Part shown: positions 1 through 10,685 of the stretch, one piece after another
How positions within the stretch are numbered: position 1 is the first letter of the stretch
Layout of the letters: each line of letters starts with the position of its first letter
Assembly (NCBI GenBank): GCA_032718475.1
Contig: JAUCBJ010004064.1
Coordinates: 1-38,809 of the forward strand
Reading direction: 5' to 3'
From: Nemertoderma westbladi
Lineage: Eukaryota; Animalia; Xenacoelomorpha
DNA: 38,809 bases
The notes under the pieces: generated by a model
Seen by the model: only the letters and a program-made list of their open reading frames with translations
Told to the model about the DNA's origin: nothing
The model's database searches: none
Translations under genes and position numbers: made by a program

Positions 1-29
1 TACTACCGTGCGGTTCTGGCCAGACAAGA

Positions 30-400
30 TCTTCCTTTTATACATGCGAGGAGTGTAGCCACTCGAGGATGGGGAAATACAGGGATATTTCGCGCTGCAC
101 CTCCCATCCTCCACAACTAACTGGTCAAATTCCCCTCGATCTCACATATCCAATTGGCGCAGAATTGTGCGGCGGATGTCTGGCGTCTTTGAAACCTAGA
201 ACCTTGAAGCATAGAAATTTATCTGATGGAAGAGTTATATAGGTGAGCTTCTCGACCTCCACAGCCAGCATATCAGTGCATTTTCGACCCACATTCCCAC
301 CTGGAGCCATGTATCTCCGGCTAGGAAGGACCACCATACGGGACTGTCGGCTGACTGGAGTCCCAGACTGAGTCTGTAGAAGTTCCACGGCGATTTACCC
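30..400 (-). mobile_element. Possible degenerate CRE-like non-LTR retrotransposon fragment (region upstream of RT)
   Basis: Minus-strand frames give 'RYMAPGGNVGRKCTDMLAVEVEKL...' and, after a frameshift, 'DIRRTILRQLDM*DRGEFDQLVVEDGRC'. These resemble, from memory, pre-RT motifs of CRE-clade elements; stops and frameshifts present. Confidence 0.35.
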
Positions 401-624
401 ACACCCCGCCGAAAGCAGACTCTAGGAGTAAAGAGGCATCCGCGGAGGAGGAGTTGGTACCATCGCTGCTCGAGTATAAAACGGATGTACAGTAGGACGG
501 AGAGTTTGAGTTGGATCGCCGTCGGAGGCATCAAGCACATCATCCAGCACAAGGGAAGATGTAAGAGTGGTGTCTGAGTTAATGCAAGGAGCGGGGTTCG
601 CATTCCTGCAACTCCCTTGAGTTT

Positions 625-1473
625 TCGGCCAGCCTTCTTGGCATCGGCAGCGACTCGTTGGGCACATGCCAAGTACCTCACTGATCTAGACTTTGCTGAT
701 GATGACTCAGGAGTACTCTCAGAATCACTAGAGGGAGCCCAACAGCTCCTCAGCTCATTAGAACATGCTGCTTCTAGTGTTGGTCTTTTTATTAACTCCA
801 GAAAGACCAAAATTTTCACAGTTAACTTTGAAAGTCCTCAGCAAGTCTCTGATCGGATGAGCATACGCTCAAAAGATGGTATGCTTGAGCATGTGAATGA
901 CTTCTGTTACCTGGGATCATGGATCCGGAAGTCAGGAGAGGACCTTCGAATACGTAAGGGAAAGGCATGGGCAGCCTTGAATAGGCTTTCCAGCTAGGTC
1001 CGATTATTTAGAGCAGCAGTAGTTCCAGTACTCCTCTATGGGAGTCAATGCTGGGCTCTAACTGCCAAAACTCTGGATGGCACATTCACAAGAATGCTAC
1101 GCCGGGTTCATTGTGTCAAGTACAATGCACACATCTCCAACGAGACACTATATAACATTGGAGGTGTCTCATTGGTTCCGCCAAGCTTGACACTAGAACA
1201 AAATCGCCTCCGCTTTGCAGGACATTGCTTTCGCCATGAGGACCAGCCAGTGCATAATCTTGTGCTTTGGCAGCCTCATGGAGTGAGTAAGCATGGTGGA
1301 CAGCCCATGACTTTCTTGAGACGCATCTTAAAGGACACTGGCCTTGAAGATGCGGATGATCTAGCAAATGTCATGGGTGATAGGGAGTTGTGGCGGCGTA
1401 ATTTTGTCGACAAGCCGGCACAGCATTCTTAAACATGCAGCTGCAATGCAGCATGCCCATTCTAGTAGTAGTA
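625..1473 (+). mobile_element. 5'-truncated RTE-clade LINE (RT C-terminal half), copy 1
   Basis: YLTDLDFADD, DFCYLGSW and RLRFAGHCFRHEDQPVHNLVLWQP motifs; short (TAG)n tail at ~1462-1473; internal deletion relative to copy 4. Confidence 0.9.
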
Positions 1474-1614
1474 GCAGCCACAACAACGGGCGCGTTGTGT
1501 CCCTTGCGGCACAAGGATGGCCGTAATACAAAATAGTAAATACGATGTAGTTCCAGTTAGGGTTATTCGTCGGTTCGTAGTGAATAAGTTCAGCTCAGCA
1601 GTTTGCAGTTAAAC

Positions 1615-1880
1615 TATATGAGACATAGCTAAATAACAAGAGACATAGCTAAATAACATAAGACAGCTTAATAACATGAGACATAGCTATAACATGAGAC
1701 AGAGCTGAATAACATGAGACATAGCTATAACATGAGACAGAGCTGAATAACATGAGACGAAATATCCTAAATAAAATGAGACATAGCTAGATAACATGAT
1801 ACATAATATGATATATAACATGAGATGTAATATTATACACAACATGCGACATAACTCACTACATAACATAATACATAGCT
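1615..1880. repeat. Degenerate ~18-20 bp tandem repeat (TAACATGAGACATAGCTAAA-like)
   Basis: Recurrent ACATGAGACA(T/G)AGCT units seen directly. Confidence 0.85.
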
Positions 1881-2153
1881 AACAGTTGGGGGGAGTAAAA
1901 AGTTATATATTTACGGAGTGTGCACTATTTCCCTACTTATAGGTAACAGCCAAGAGCGGAGCTTTCGGGTTGCCTCCGGTCTTTGGTGTTTGACACGTTC
2001 ACCGATCACTTTCTCTTTTATAGTAGCCTACACTCCCCGTGGTATATACTACATACTGTAGTTAGGATGCACCCCCGTATGTCCAACAGCCACCATTACG
2101 TTCAGGACAACATTTCCTACAAAATTGGAAATTCCTACAATATCTACACTTAC

Positions 2154-2311
2154 CACCTCGTCAATAGTGTACTGGGGTTTAGGAATTGTCGGAATTCTCC
2201 ATTTTTTACATGCAAAAGCCATGAATATCGCAATCAAAAGGCACAGAAATGCAGCGCCTATTATAGCCACTATATAGAACAATGTCACATTCTTTGAAAT
2301 CCAAGATGATT
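2154..2311 (-). CDS. FN3 receptor gene exon: transmembrane and juxtamembrane segment
   Basis: TTTTTTGCAG acceptor, GTAAGT donor; ESSWISKNVTLFYIVAIIGAAFLCLLIAIFMAFACKKWR (hydrophobic helix followed by basic stop-transfer); phase-1 start matches the preceding exon. Confidence 0.8.
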
Positions 2312-2464
2312 CTGCAAAAAATTTAATAGGCTGATTGTTACATCTGTTACCTGTAATCAAATCATTTACCGCTCAAACAGTCAAACACCACTCTCTTACC
2401 ACAGCTGGGTCGTCGTACCTTCGACTCTGCGGCACAAACCGGGGTGTACCGTTCCTTTCGCCGT

Positions 2465-2954
2465 TCGGAAACTTAAGGTCCGATTATTTAGAGCAGCAGT
2501 AGTTCCAGTACTCCTCTACGGGAGTCCATGCTGGGCTCTAACTGCTGAGGACACCAAATCTCTGGATGTCACATTCACAAGAATGCTACGCCGGGTTCAT
2601 TGTGTCAAGTAAAATGCACACATCTCCAACCAGATACTATATAACATTGGAGGTGTCTCATTGGTTCCCCCAAGCTTGACACTAGAACAAAGTCGCCTCC
2701 GCTTTGCAGGACATTGCTTTCGCCTAGAGGACCAGCCAGTGCATAATCTTGTGCTTTGGCAGCCACATGGAGTGAATAAGCATGGTGGACAGCCCATGAC
2801 ATTCTTGAGACGCATCTTAAAGGACACTGGCCTTAAAAATGCGGATGATCTAGCAAATGTCATGGGTGATAGGGAGTTGTGGCGGTGCAATTTTGTTGAC
2901 AAGCCGGCACAGCATTCTTAAAAATGCAGCTGCAATGCAGCATGCCGATCCTAG
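2465..2954 (+). mobile_element. 5'-truncated RTE-clade LINE, copy 2
   Basis: Near-identical to 997-1465 and to 22680-23185; in-frame stop present. Confidence 0.9.
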
Positions 2955-3013
2955 CAACCGTTCCGTTGAGTACCGAACATACCTTAAGCAACAACCTACG
3001 GTAACAAACTTAC

Positions 3014-3343
3014 CTTGCCATTCTGAGCAATTCAGATCTACGGAAAACTGTGGCGAGATAACGCCCTCTAGCAGCTGATCATCTGAGACATTTGCTAACG
3101 TGTCAGTAGAATACAACGTAGTGGCGTTTGTTGTCGTGAAGTTACTTGATATGTAGCTAAAACTGTTTATATTGGACGAATTGTTATCTGGGTTTCTATT
3201 GGTTGAATCTGTAACAGTGCTGTAATTGGATAACTTATTTTCTTCGACGTTATTGGATGAATTATCTGTGAAAGCAACCACTCTGAACCAGCCGGCACTA
3301 TTAGAACTACAAAAGAGTTCTTCATCAACATACGAAGTGTTTG
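3014..3343 (-). CDS. FN3 receptor gene exon: end of FN3 domain plus Ser/Thr/Asn-rich stalk
   Basis: Poly-T GCAG acceptor, GTAAGT donor; NTSYVDEELFCSSNSAGWFRVVAFTDNSS...LNCSEWQ; 330 nt, phase 1/1. Confidence 0.8.
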
Positions 3344-3882
3344 CTGCAAAAAAAAAATAATTATTAACTACCAGACATCTGGCGTGCTCAGTTTATCCGG
3401 CAGCCCAAAATAGCAACTATTCGGCAATTCAATAATAATTACTCCTCACAATTTAATGCTCATTGACAAATGAATCCGAAAGTGAAGTAATAAAGGAAAA
3501 TAATACAGTAATATATTATAATTAGCCAAAGGAAACACTAATTAAAAACGTGCAACTTTAATATACAAACATGTCATCGATATTAAAAATGCGCCGAGAT
3601 CCAGATCAAACAGACTAAGGTTGCCAACGTGTAGACAAGGCGGCAGTTAAAGACCCTGAGGCAGTACTCCGATCAATCAGCAACCACCAAGGTTAAGGCT
3701 GAATCTCCATTGATCGGCTCAATGGTTTGGAAGGCCCACAGTGAAATGCGCCTAAACAATGACAGGGCTTTGTGGAACAAAAAGTATCTCCAATGGTGAC
3801 ATCTTCTTTTTGAAGTTTGGGCTGCTGCTGCAAAGAGCATCAAGACCATTCGTGCCAGTGGAGTAGGAAGCGTCCCCAGTGG

Positions 3883-3910
3883 GCTGCTGCTGCTGCTGCT
3901 GCTGCTGCTG
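3883..3910. repeat. (CTG)n microsatellite
   Basis: About 9 GCT/CTG units, flanked by a duplicated GGAGTAGGAAGCGTCCCC. Confidence 0.9.
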
Positions 3911-4107
3911 GAGTAGGAAGCGTCCCCTCTGAGCTCTTTAAAATACCTGACCTTTTGTAGTTCATTTATTCCATCCTCAGCAGCCTTAACTACATTCCTG
4001 GTCGATCTAGTCTGTTTGAAACGGGACCTTTATGTTCCTTTGTGATATTCTCTCGGCACTTCCGAATTCTGCGGTACATCCATTCGCTTAAGTAAGGGGA
4101 AGGGATA

Positions 4108-4440
4108 GGCAGCATTGGATGGTCTGGCCAAGATTTGGAATTCCCTTTGTTTAAATTGGAATCTTAATGTTCGAATATTTAGACCAGCATTAGAGCCAGT
4201 GAGTCCATGCTAGGCACTATTAATTGCTGAGGTCTTTAAAGTGCCGGATTGCACATACATAATAATGTACACAGAGTTCATTTTGTGTTAAGTACAATGC
4301 ACAGCACACATATCCAATCAGGATTTATATAATATTATAAGTATATCATTAATCCCCCCAAGTTTGACACTTAAGAGTCTCCCCCGCTTTGTAGGACATT
4401 GAATACGCCGTGAGGACCAGTCAGTGCACGATCTTGCAGT
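4108..4440 (+). mobile_element. Older, diverged RTE-clade LINE fragment (copy 3)
   Basis: Recognisable similarity to copies 1, 2 and 4 (AAGTACAATGCACA, CCCCAAGTTTGACACT, CGCTTTGTAGGACATTG, GAGGACCAGTCAGTGCA). Confidence 0.75.
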
Positions 4441-4539
4441 TGGTACATGTCGCTTATATAGTATAGAAGATATGGGATAGGGTAGGCCTACTTATGAACT
4501 ACAGTTATTGAACGATGAACAAATAATATATGAACTTAC

Positions 4540-4742
4540 AATCGACTTGTCTTTGAAATGAATGCTCGCCTATCCTATAATCAACTCGAAATAACGAAAC
4601 AATTCCATTTGGCTCCGTTGGGGGACCCCAGGATAGCCTCGTAATGTTGTTGCCAAGGTAATCAGTTTGTAAGTTTGTTGGGCTGGAAGGAGGCCCAATT
4701 GGGGAAGAGAAACTTACGGAGGTTGGAGTACTGCATAATGTT
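4540..4742 (-). CDS. FN3 receptor gene exon
   Basis: TTTCCAG acceptor, GTAAGT donor; ...GPPSSPTNLQTDYLGNNITRLSWGPPTEPNGIVSLFRVDY... (FN3 W-x-P-P-x-x-P-N-G motif); phase 2/1 fits both neighbours. Not in the ORF track. Confidence 0.85.
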
Positions 4743-5136
4743 CTGGAAACATACCAAAAAATAATACAAGATATAATAGAGCGGCTTCGCTAAACGCCAA
4801 AAGCTTTTAGTAACTTGGTGGTGATGGATGGATAAATGACACATCCCAATGTTCCTAAAATTGTTTGTAGTGGAACATATATTAATATTTTATATTTATT
4901 GCTGGAAATTCTAAAATAATTGGCGTAATACAGGCCTAACAAAAGGTAGAGTAGGGCATGATTCAATTGGAAAGGAATCAAATTCACACTGACCTGTCGG
5001 ACACATTAATTTATCTAATGATAATTAAAGGTCGTGCGGGACATACTGTCTAACAGGGGCTGTTAAATCTATATAAACAAAATAAACGGGTAAACACGAG
5101 AGTCTTACACTCCAATATGGCGTTGGGTAATCCTTT

Positions 5137-5192
5137 GTCCAGCTGATGAGGTGTCGAGATTACCGCGTACTGGGTCTCAGGCACCGAAACGC
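5137..5192 (+). ncRNA. Hammerhead ribozyme candidate 1 (permuted topology)
   Basis: CUGAUGA 5143-5149; stem II GGUGUC 5150-5155/GGCACC 5180-5185; GAAA 5186-5189; stem III GCGU 5165-5168/ACGC 5189-5192; GUA site, cut after 5169; stem I CUGGGU 5170-5175/GUCCAG 5137-5142. Confidence 0.75.
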
Positions 5193-5197
5193 AACTA

Positions 5198-5376
5198 TAT
5201 TTTTGATAAAATTAATTATTTTTGATAAAATTAATTATTTTTGATAAAATTAATTATTTTTGATAAAATTAATTATTTTTGATAAAATTAATTATTTTTG
5301 ATAAAATTAATTATTTTTGATAAAATTAATTATTTTTGATAAAATTAATTATTTTTGATAAAATTACTTATTTTTG
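5198..5376. repeat. 19-bp AT-rich tandem repeat (TTTTTGATAAAATTAATTA), ~9 copies
   Basis: Seen directly, immediately 3' of the hammerhead core. Confidence 0.95.
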
Positions 5377-6439
5377 CCCTAGTCATATATTTTCTTATAG
5401 AATATAGGCTTAGCTTTTGTGCAGTATATTACCGGTATCAGTTAGTGTATATGGCGGTTAGGCTTAGGGTTAGGGTGCGATACATATCTGTAAGTTAAGC
5501 AGATTTAATATATTTGTGTTTTTTGTTTATGTCGTTTTTGTTTGCATTGTTGGTGGTTTTTGATGGCCCTCGGGCTGAGTACTATTTTGGGTGTAATGTC
5601 CTGACACTACGTGTTTTGTTGGTTTTGTGGGGTGTAAGACTCTAGTGTTTACCTGCTTATTTTTTATATAGATTAATTTTTCTATCGCGGTAACTTGAAA
5701 TAGCATGTAATTTTTAATTATATCAAAAATAGACCCCATATAATATCTGATGTAAAAAAAATTTAAGAATTCCGATGCAAGGAAATTTCATAATTTACAG
5801 TTTTAATGGTAGCGGAGATTTTTCACATTATAATATTAGGTGTAATTGATTTATATTGTTTTACTTTAAAAACCACAATAGTTTTTATTATGTAACGAAT
5901 TCAATTTTTGGTATTTCAGGTAGACAATATCTGATGTTATGTCTGGGTCAATTTCCCTCGTTTAGTTGAGAATTTGTATTAATAAGGTTTCGTTATTGTA
6001 CCACCAGCCAAAAGATAATAAAAGATTAGACAAAGTTGCTCTGGAAATGAAATTTGTAACTATGTAAGCCATCAAATATCAACAAATGTTAGTTACCCTC
6101 ACCCTGTTGAGTAACATTAAATGTTGCTAAGGAGAGAAACATGAAATTAAAAGTATTAATGGTCAGATTTTTTTGGAGCATGTGATTATTGTAATATACA
6201 CAAAATGTACTTACAAATTATTTTTGGCAAATTTGTAACTTTTTATGTCTCTAAGCCATTCTATTATTAATTGTGGTGAATTTAAATTTTGATAGTGAAT
6301 TATAATACAGTCAATGGAAGGAGATAAGGGTGAGTGCTGCAATCATGGAAATATTTTACAATATGATGAGAATGTCGTAATGTAACAACAGCCGGCTATA
6401 TAGTGAGTCGGTTGGAATTGGGTGGAACGTTAATCTCAC

Positions 6440-6614
6440 CTGGATTTATTGTAACCATAATTACAACCCTTGACAATCACTTCGTACGATTTGTTGCCAT
6501 GGAGATCCAAAGTAACAGATGCTGGGCAACACCGGGAAACATTAAAATGTGTTTCTTTTAAAATCTGGAACTCGTCTATATGTTGCAACATCACTTCAAA
6601 TTTATCTACGTCGC
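6440..6614 (-). CDS. FN3 receptor gene exon
   Basis: TTTTTCTTTACAG acceptor, GTGAG donor; GDVDKFEVMLQHIDEFQILKETHFNVSRCCPASVTLDLHGNKSYEVIVKGCNYGYNKSR; phase 1/2 fits both neighbours. Not in the ORF track. Confidence 0.85.
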
Positions 6615-6744
6615 CTGTAAAGAAAAATCACAAATAAATGGAAAATGACAATTCATATACTTGTACTCGTGTGTAAGTAAGACTTTAAATTTACAGTGTT
6701 CCCTTCCGAGTGGTTTCTTACACGAATTAAAGTGCTGAGAAGAG

Positions 6745-6821
6745 TGAAGGTGAAGATGAAGGTGAAGATGAAGGTGAAGATGAAGGTGAAGATGAAGGTG
6801 AAGATGAAGGTGAAGATGAAG
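6745..6821. repeat. (GAAGGTGAAGAT)n microsatellite
   Basis: Seen directly; source of the spurious VKMK/LHLH ORFs. Confidence 0.95.
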
Positions 6822-6984
6822 ATAATCAGAAATAAAATAAGTAAAGTAATAATTTGCTATATAAGTATTTCGAATGAAGTTATTTTTCAAATTGCCACGA
6901 AACCACGAAACGACGAAACCACTGCTAACGGAGGGAGAACTGAATATGAAACTTTTGTTGTTGAAAAAATGTGTGATATGTGTG

Positions 6985-7288
6985 CCTACGTCGGTGAATT
7001 AAACGTAAATCCTAGGTCGGTGAATTAAACGTAAATCCTCAGTCGGTGAATTAAGCGTAAATCCTACGTCGGTGAATTAAACGTAAATCATACGTCGGTG
7101 AATTAAGCGTAAATCCTAGGTCGGTGAATTAAACGTAAATCCTAGGTCGGTGAATTAAACGTAAATCCTAGGTCGGTGAATTAAACGTAAATCCTAGGTC
7201 GGTCAATTAAACGTAAATCCTAGGTCGGTGAATTAAACGTAAATCATACGTCGGTGAATTAAACGTAAATCATACGTCGGTGAATTAA
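6985..7288. repeat. 26-bp minisatellite (CCTAGGTCGGTGAATTAAACGTAAAT), ~12 copies
   Basis: Contiguous units with no unique spacers. Confidence 0.95.
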
Positions 7289-8062
7289 TATCTCGTCTCG
7301 ATGTTCAATTATGAATTTTGCCATATCTGAAGATTAATTTTTTTCGTTTCATTTAAAAATTTTCGAGGGCGTTCATAATTAAATACTATTTAAGTAATAA
7401 TAATTAAGTAGGCCTTAATTCTGCATTGTGTTATCTATCCCATGAAGGAAAATTTAATTTGACGATATATATTTCGTAGTTTCAATAGTTGTAGTGCAAA
7501 CAAGTCAACAATCAACAGCAAGTATTCGCACATTAATTATTGTGTTCTCATTTATGAAGTTAATGTGCTAAAACTCGCTGTTAATACTGAGCAGTTTGTA
7601 CTACATCGTCAAATTAAAATTAGAAAGATGTGTTTCGCCGGAAAAAATCTGAATACGGGGAGGCCAAACTACTGGAAAAGTTGAAAGAGACAGAACCAAC
7701 CCCCATGGTCCCTATTCCAGGAAAGAACACCAATCAGTTCTGCACCCATTGCATCCGAAGTACTAGAACAACATTTCGAGAATCTATTAGGACAGAACTC
7801 AGAAGGAACAGACCAGGTTCGCATCGTTTTAGATGAGGATCGGCTACAAGACCAATGGTATAATCAGCCGATTACAGAGGACGAAATTAAAGAAGCGGTT
7901 CATTCCACGTCAAACAAAAAAGCAAGCGGCCAAGACAGAATCTAAAATGAACACCTAAAACAAATTCTTTCACTGATACTATCCATTCTGGTTTATCTTT
8001 TTAACACTTGCTTCACTATTGCTGTGATAACAACTCTTTGGGCAACTAGCATTATAAAAATA

Positions 8063-8861
8063 TGATTTTTGACAACCACGACTTTAGAGGGATTGTTATA
8101 TTAATATGAAAACAATAAAATAGGACATGGGGTCTTATTCCCTCAGATACTACCTAGCATTTAGGGCCACTTGGGCCACTGTTAGTACTCAGGCACTAAT
8201 AAGGCCCATTAAAAAACAAAATACCAAATCGATTTTAGTGCTACATAGCCCAACCCAACTACCACAAGAAAAATTACACCAAACCATACAGTAACTACAG
8301 GTTCCGGTAAGTATTGCACGAAATAGGCTATCCCATAAATTACGAAAAATATAGGACATTTTGTACGCCAAAAAGGTAAGTCTAAGTAATAAATCTGTTT
8401 GGTTAATCTCTGTTTGGTGGTACGGTAGGATTTCTAATTTATTGGTCATTGTCTTAATTTAGTGGTGCAGTTTTGTTAGGGTAGGGGTGGGGGGGTTCGT
8501 GGCACACTGCTGATGAGGAGAACCCCGAATCCCAGGGTTCAGTGTTTAAATCTCCGAAACCCTTTTATTTTTATAAAATTTATTACTTAGACTTACCTTT
8601 TTGGCGGACAAAATGTCCTATATTTTTCGTAATTTATGGGATAGCCCATTTCGTGCAATACTTACCAGAACCTGTAGTTACTGTATGGTTTGGTGTAATT
8701 TTTCTTGTGGTAGTTGGGTTGAGCTATGTAGCACTAAAATCGATTTGGTATTTTGTTTTTTGATGGGCCTTAGTGCCTATGTACTAACAGTGGGCCAAGT
8801 GGCCCTAAATGCTAGGTAGTATCTGAGGGAATAAGACACCATGTCCTATTTTATTGTTTTT
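8063..8861 (+). mobile_element. 799-bp non-coding insertion with ~285-bp inverted arms, central hammerhead and 12-bp TSD (Penelope-like pLTR derivative)
   Basis: TSD ATTATAAAAATA at 8051-8062 and 8862-8873; arms 8109-8394 and 8578-8860; removing the insert restores the LINE reading 'WATSIIKILYKGKG'. Confidence 0.8.
8504..8563 (+). ncRNA. Hammerhead ribozyme candidate 2 (permuted topology)
   Basis: CUGAUGA 8510-8516; stem II GGAGA 8517-8521/UCUCC 8551-8555; GAAA 8556-8559; stem III AGGGU 8534-8538/ACCCU 8559-8563; GUU site, cut after 8539; stem I CAGUGU 8540-8545/ACACUG 8504-8509. Confidence 0.75.
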
Positions 8862-10500
8862 ATTATAAAAATACTCTATAAAGGGAAAGGTAGCAGGACG
8901 AGTCCCGATAATTATCGCCGTTATTAGCGTGATTGCCAAAATCCTTACAAAAATAATCAACAAAAGGGTACTCCTACACATTTCCCACTTACTTCCACCG
9001 GAACAATATGGTTTCATAGAGGGAAAATCGACCATGCAAGCATTGATAAAACTAATATCAGACATCGCAGAAACACTCAGGAGACCACGTGACTCACCCG
9101 CTAACAAACCCAGGATTATAATTATATGGGCACTCATAGACTTTCACAAAGCGTTTGATTTGGTAGATCGATCTCGACTACTGTATTAAATGTATAATTC
9201 CTTTGGAATAAAGGGAAAACTCTACAATTTAATTGAAGCCCTATTCAACAACCGAGTAAAAATCTTCGATGGAATAAAATTCTCCAAGCTAATTACACAG
9301 CTCCGGGGAATTCTGCAAGGAGATAGTTTCTCACCAACATGTTTCCTTATATTTATAGCGGATCTCGCGTCAGTTCTACGGGGAATTGAGGTTCATATTT
9401 TTTGCAGATGATCTGGTGTTTTATTCGGAAAACAAAGCTGATATTCAAAAAGGCTTTGATGAACTTCAGAAATGACGTATCAAAAACTCAAAGGAAGTGA
9501 ACAAGAAAAACAAAGATAATTAAATTCCGGAATGGTGGACGTTTATCACATTTTGATGTTAATCTATTATGACGGAAAGGAAATAAATATCTACAATAAA
9601 TATGAGTATCTTGGGGTTGTTATGCAACCGTCACTGTCGTTTTCAAAGCACATCGATCAGAAGAAGAGAAGCTTTCTCTGCAATAGGATGTGTAAGACAC
9701 TTGCAACTTATTTCGATCGAAACTGGGATGAAGATATACTCTCTGAAAAAATACCCAATGTTCTGCTACGCTTTTCAAGAAATAGTCCCCCCTTTTTCAC
9801 TCTGACGAACCTCAAAGAACTGGATAAAGTGAAATTTACCTTCCTAAAAGGTCTACTTGGTTTATCAAAATACTCCTCGTCCATCTTAGCTATGAAGATA
9901 GTTGGTTGTAAATCATACGTAGAAGACCTAAAGTTGAAATATCCGGGAATTTTTGATCGAACGGTGTTAGAACAACATAGGTCATATAGACGACAGAGGG
10001 AGGAATCATTTAGCGACAACAACTTCTTAGAAGGACCGGCTTTTACCTCGCAGGGTTGGCGCGCCCCGGGCCAAAGGAACCGGCATCTTATTATGAGGGC
10101 CACCGCCCACGGCTTCCACTGGAAACTATGTAGTGACGTAACGCCATTTCACGAACTGGGTCCAACCTGTTACTGTAAATACTGTGGAGGCAGTGCGAGT
10201 GAGAGATATCACTTATTTAGCCTTAGCTGTGGGTCCCGTCCAGCAGCTGTGGGTCCTTTCCAGTGTCCAGCTCTCTCGGCTCTGGGGAACTCTAAGTGAC
10301 TACAGACCCCTCAGACTACAGACCTCTTTTTAGCAATTTAAATTTAAAATTAATATATATACAAACCTAATATTTTAAATACTCTGATTTTAATTTAAAT
10401 TTAACTGTACTCTGATAAATGTAATTTTAATGTATTAAAGATTCAATTTACCTCGTACGTGCGTCTAGATTTCTCAGAAAAAAAATTAAAATTATATTAC

Positions 10501-10685
10501 CTGGCAACCAATAATCGCCCCACATTAGAGTAACAGCATTCCACACTAGGTTGGTAACGTGTAAGTCAGTGATTGGTTGGGATTCAGTGGAGAATAGATA
10601 GGCTTTCGAGAAAGGGCCCTGTCCGATGGAAGTTGCACCCGAAACACGGACGGAATATTGCGACATCGGTCGGAGTTCCGACAAT
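10501..10685 (-). CDS. FN3 receptor gene exon
   Basis: LSELRPMSQYSVRVSGATSIGQGPFS (classic FN3 C-terminal half) followed by ITDLHVTNLVWNAVTLMW; CATAG acceptor, GTAAT donor; phase 2/1. Confidence 0.9.

Larger units (their letters stand above)
5066..5674 (+). mobile_element. Non-coding insertion with ~45-bp imperfect terminal inverted repeats carrying a hammerhead core (Penelope-like pLTR derivative?)
   Basis: 5066-5110 is the imperfect reverse complement of 5632-5674; hammerhead at 5137-5192; no clear TSD. Confidence 0.55.
7625..10445 (+). mobile_element. Degenerate LINE ORF2 (RT plus C-terminal Cys/His motif), interrupted by the 8063-8861 insertion
   Basis: ITEDEIKEAV...KASGQDRI; LWATSIIKI|LYKGKG...PDNYR; EQYGFIEGKST; LIDFHKAFDLVDR; GILQGDSFSP; FADDLV; YEYLGV; CYCKYCG...YHLFSLSC; many stops and frameshifts; AT-rich 3' tail. 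Confidence 0.9.

Noticed and set aside
422-667. Pro-rich minus-strand ORF as the receptor's cytoplasmic last exon
   Set aside because: The phase at the nearest acceptor does not match the 2154 donor, and the region abuts retroelement relics; unresolved.
3780-3820. Minus-strand KLQKEDVTIGDTF as a hAT transposase remnant
   Set aside because: Single short motif with no supporting flanking homology visible.
5456-5477. TTAGGG-like repeats suggesting a telomeric link
   Set aside because: Only 2-3 imperfect units; too short to support a claim.
6985-7288. 26-, 32-, 35- and 39-bp arrays as CRISPR arrays
   Set aside because: Units are contiguous with no unique spacers, there are no cas genes, and the context is eukaryotic.
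8189-8819. Paired ORFs MSYIFRNLWDS... on opposite strands
   Set aside because: They mirror each other only because they lie in the inverted arms; no protein features.
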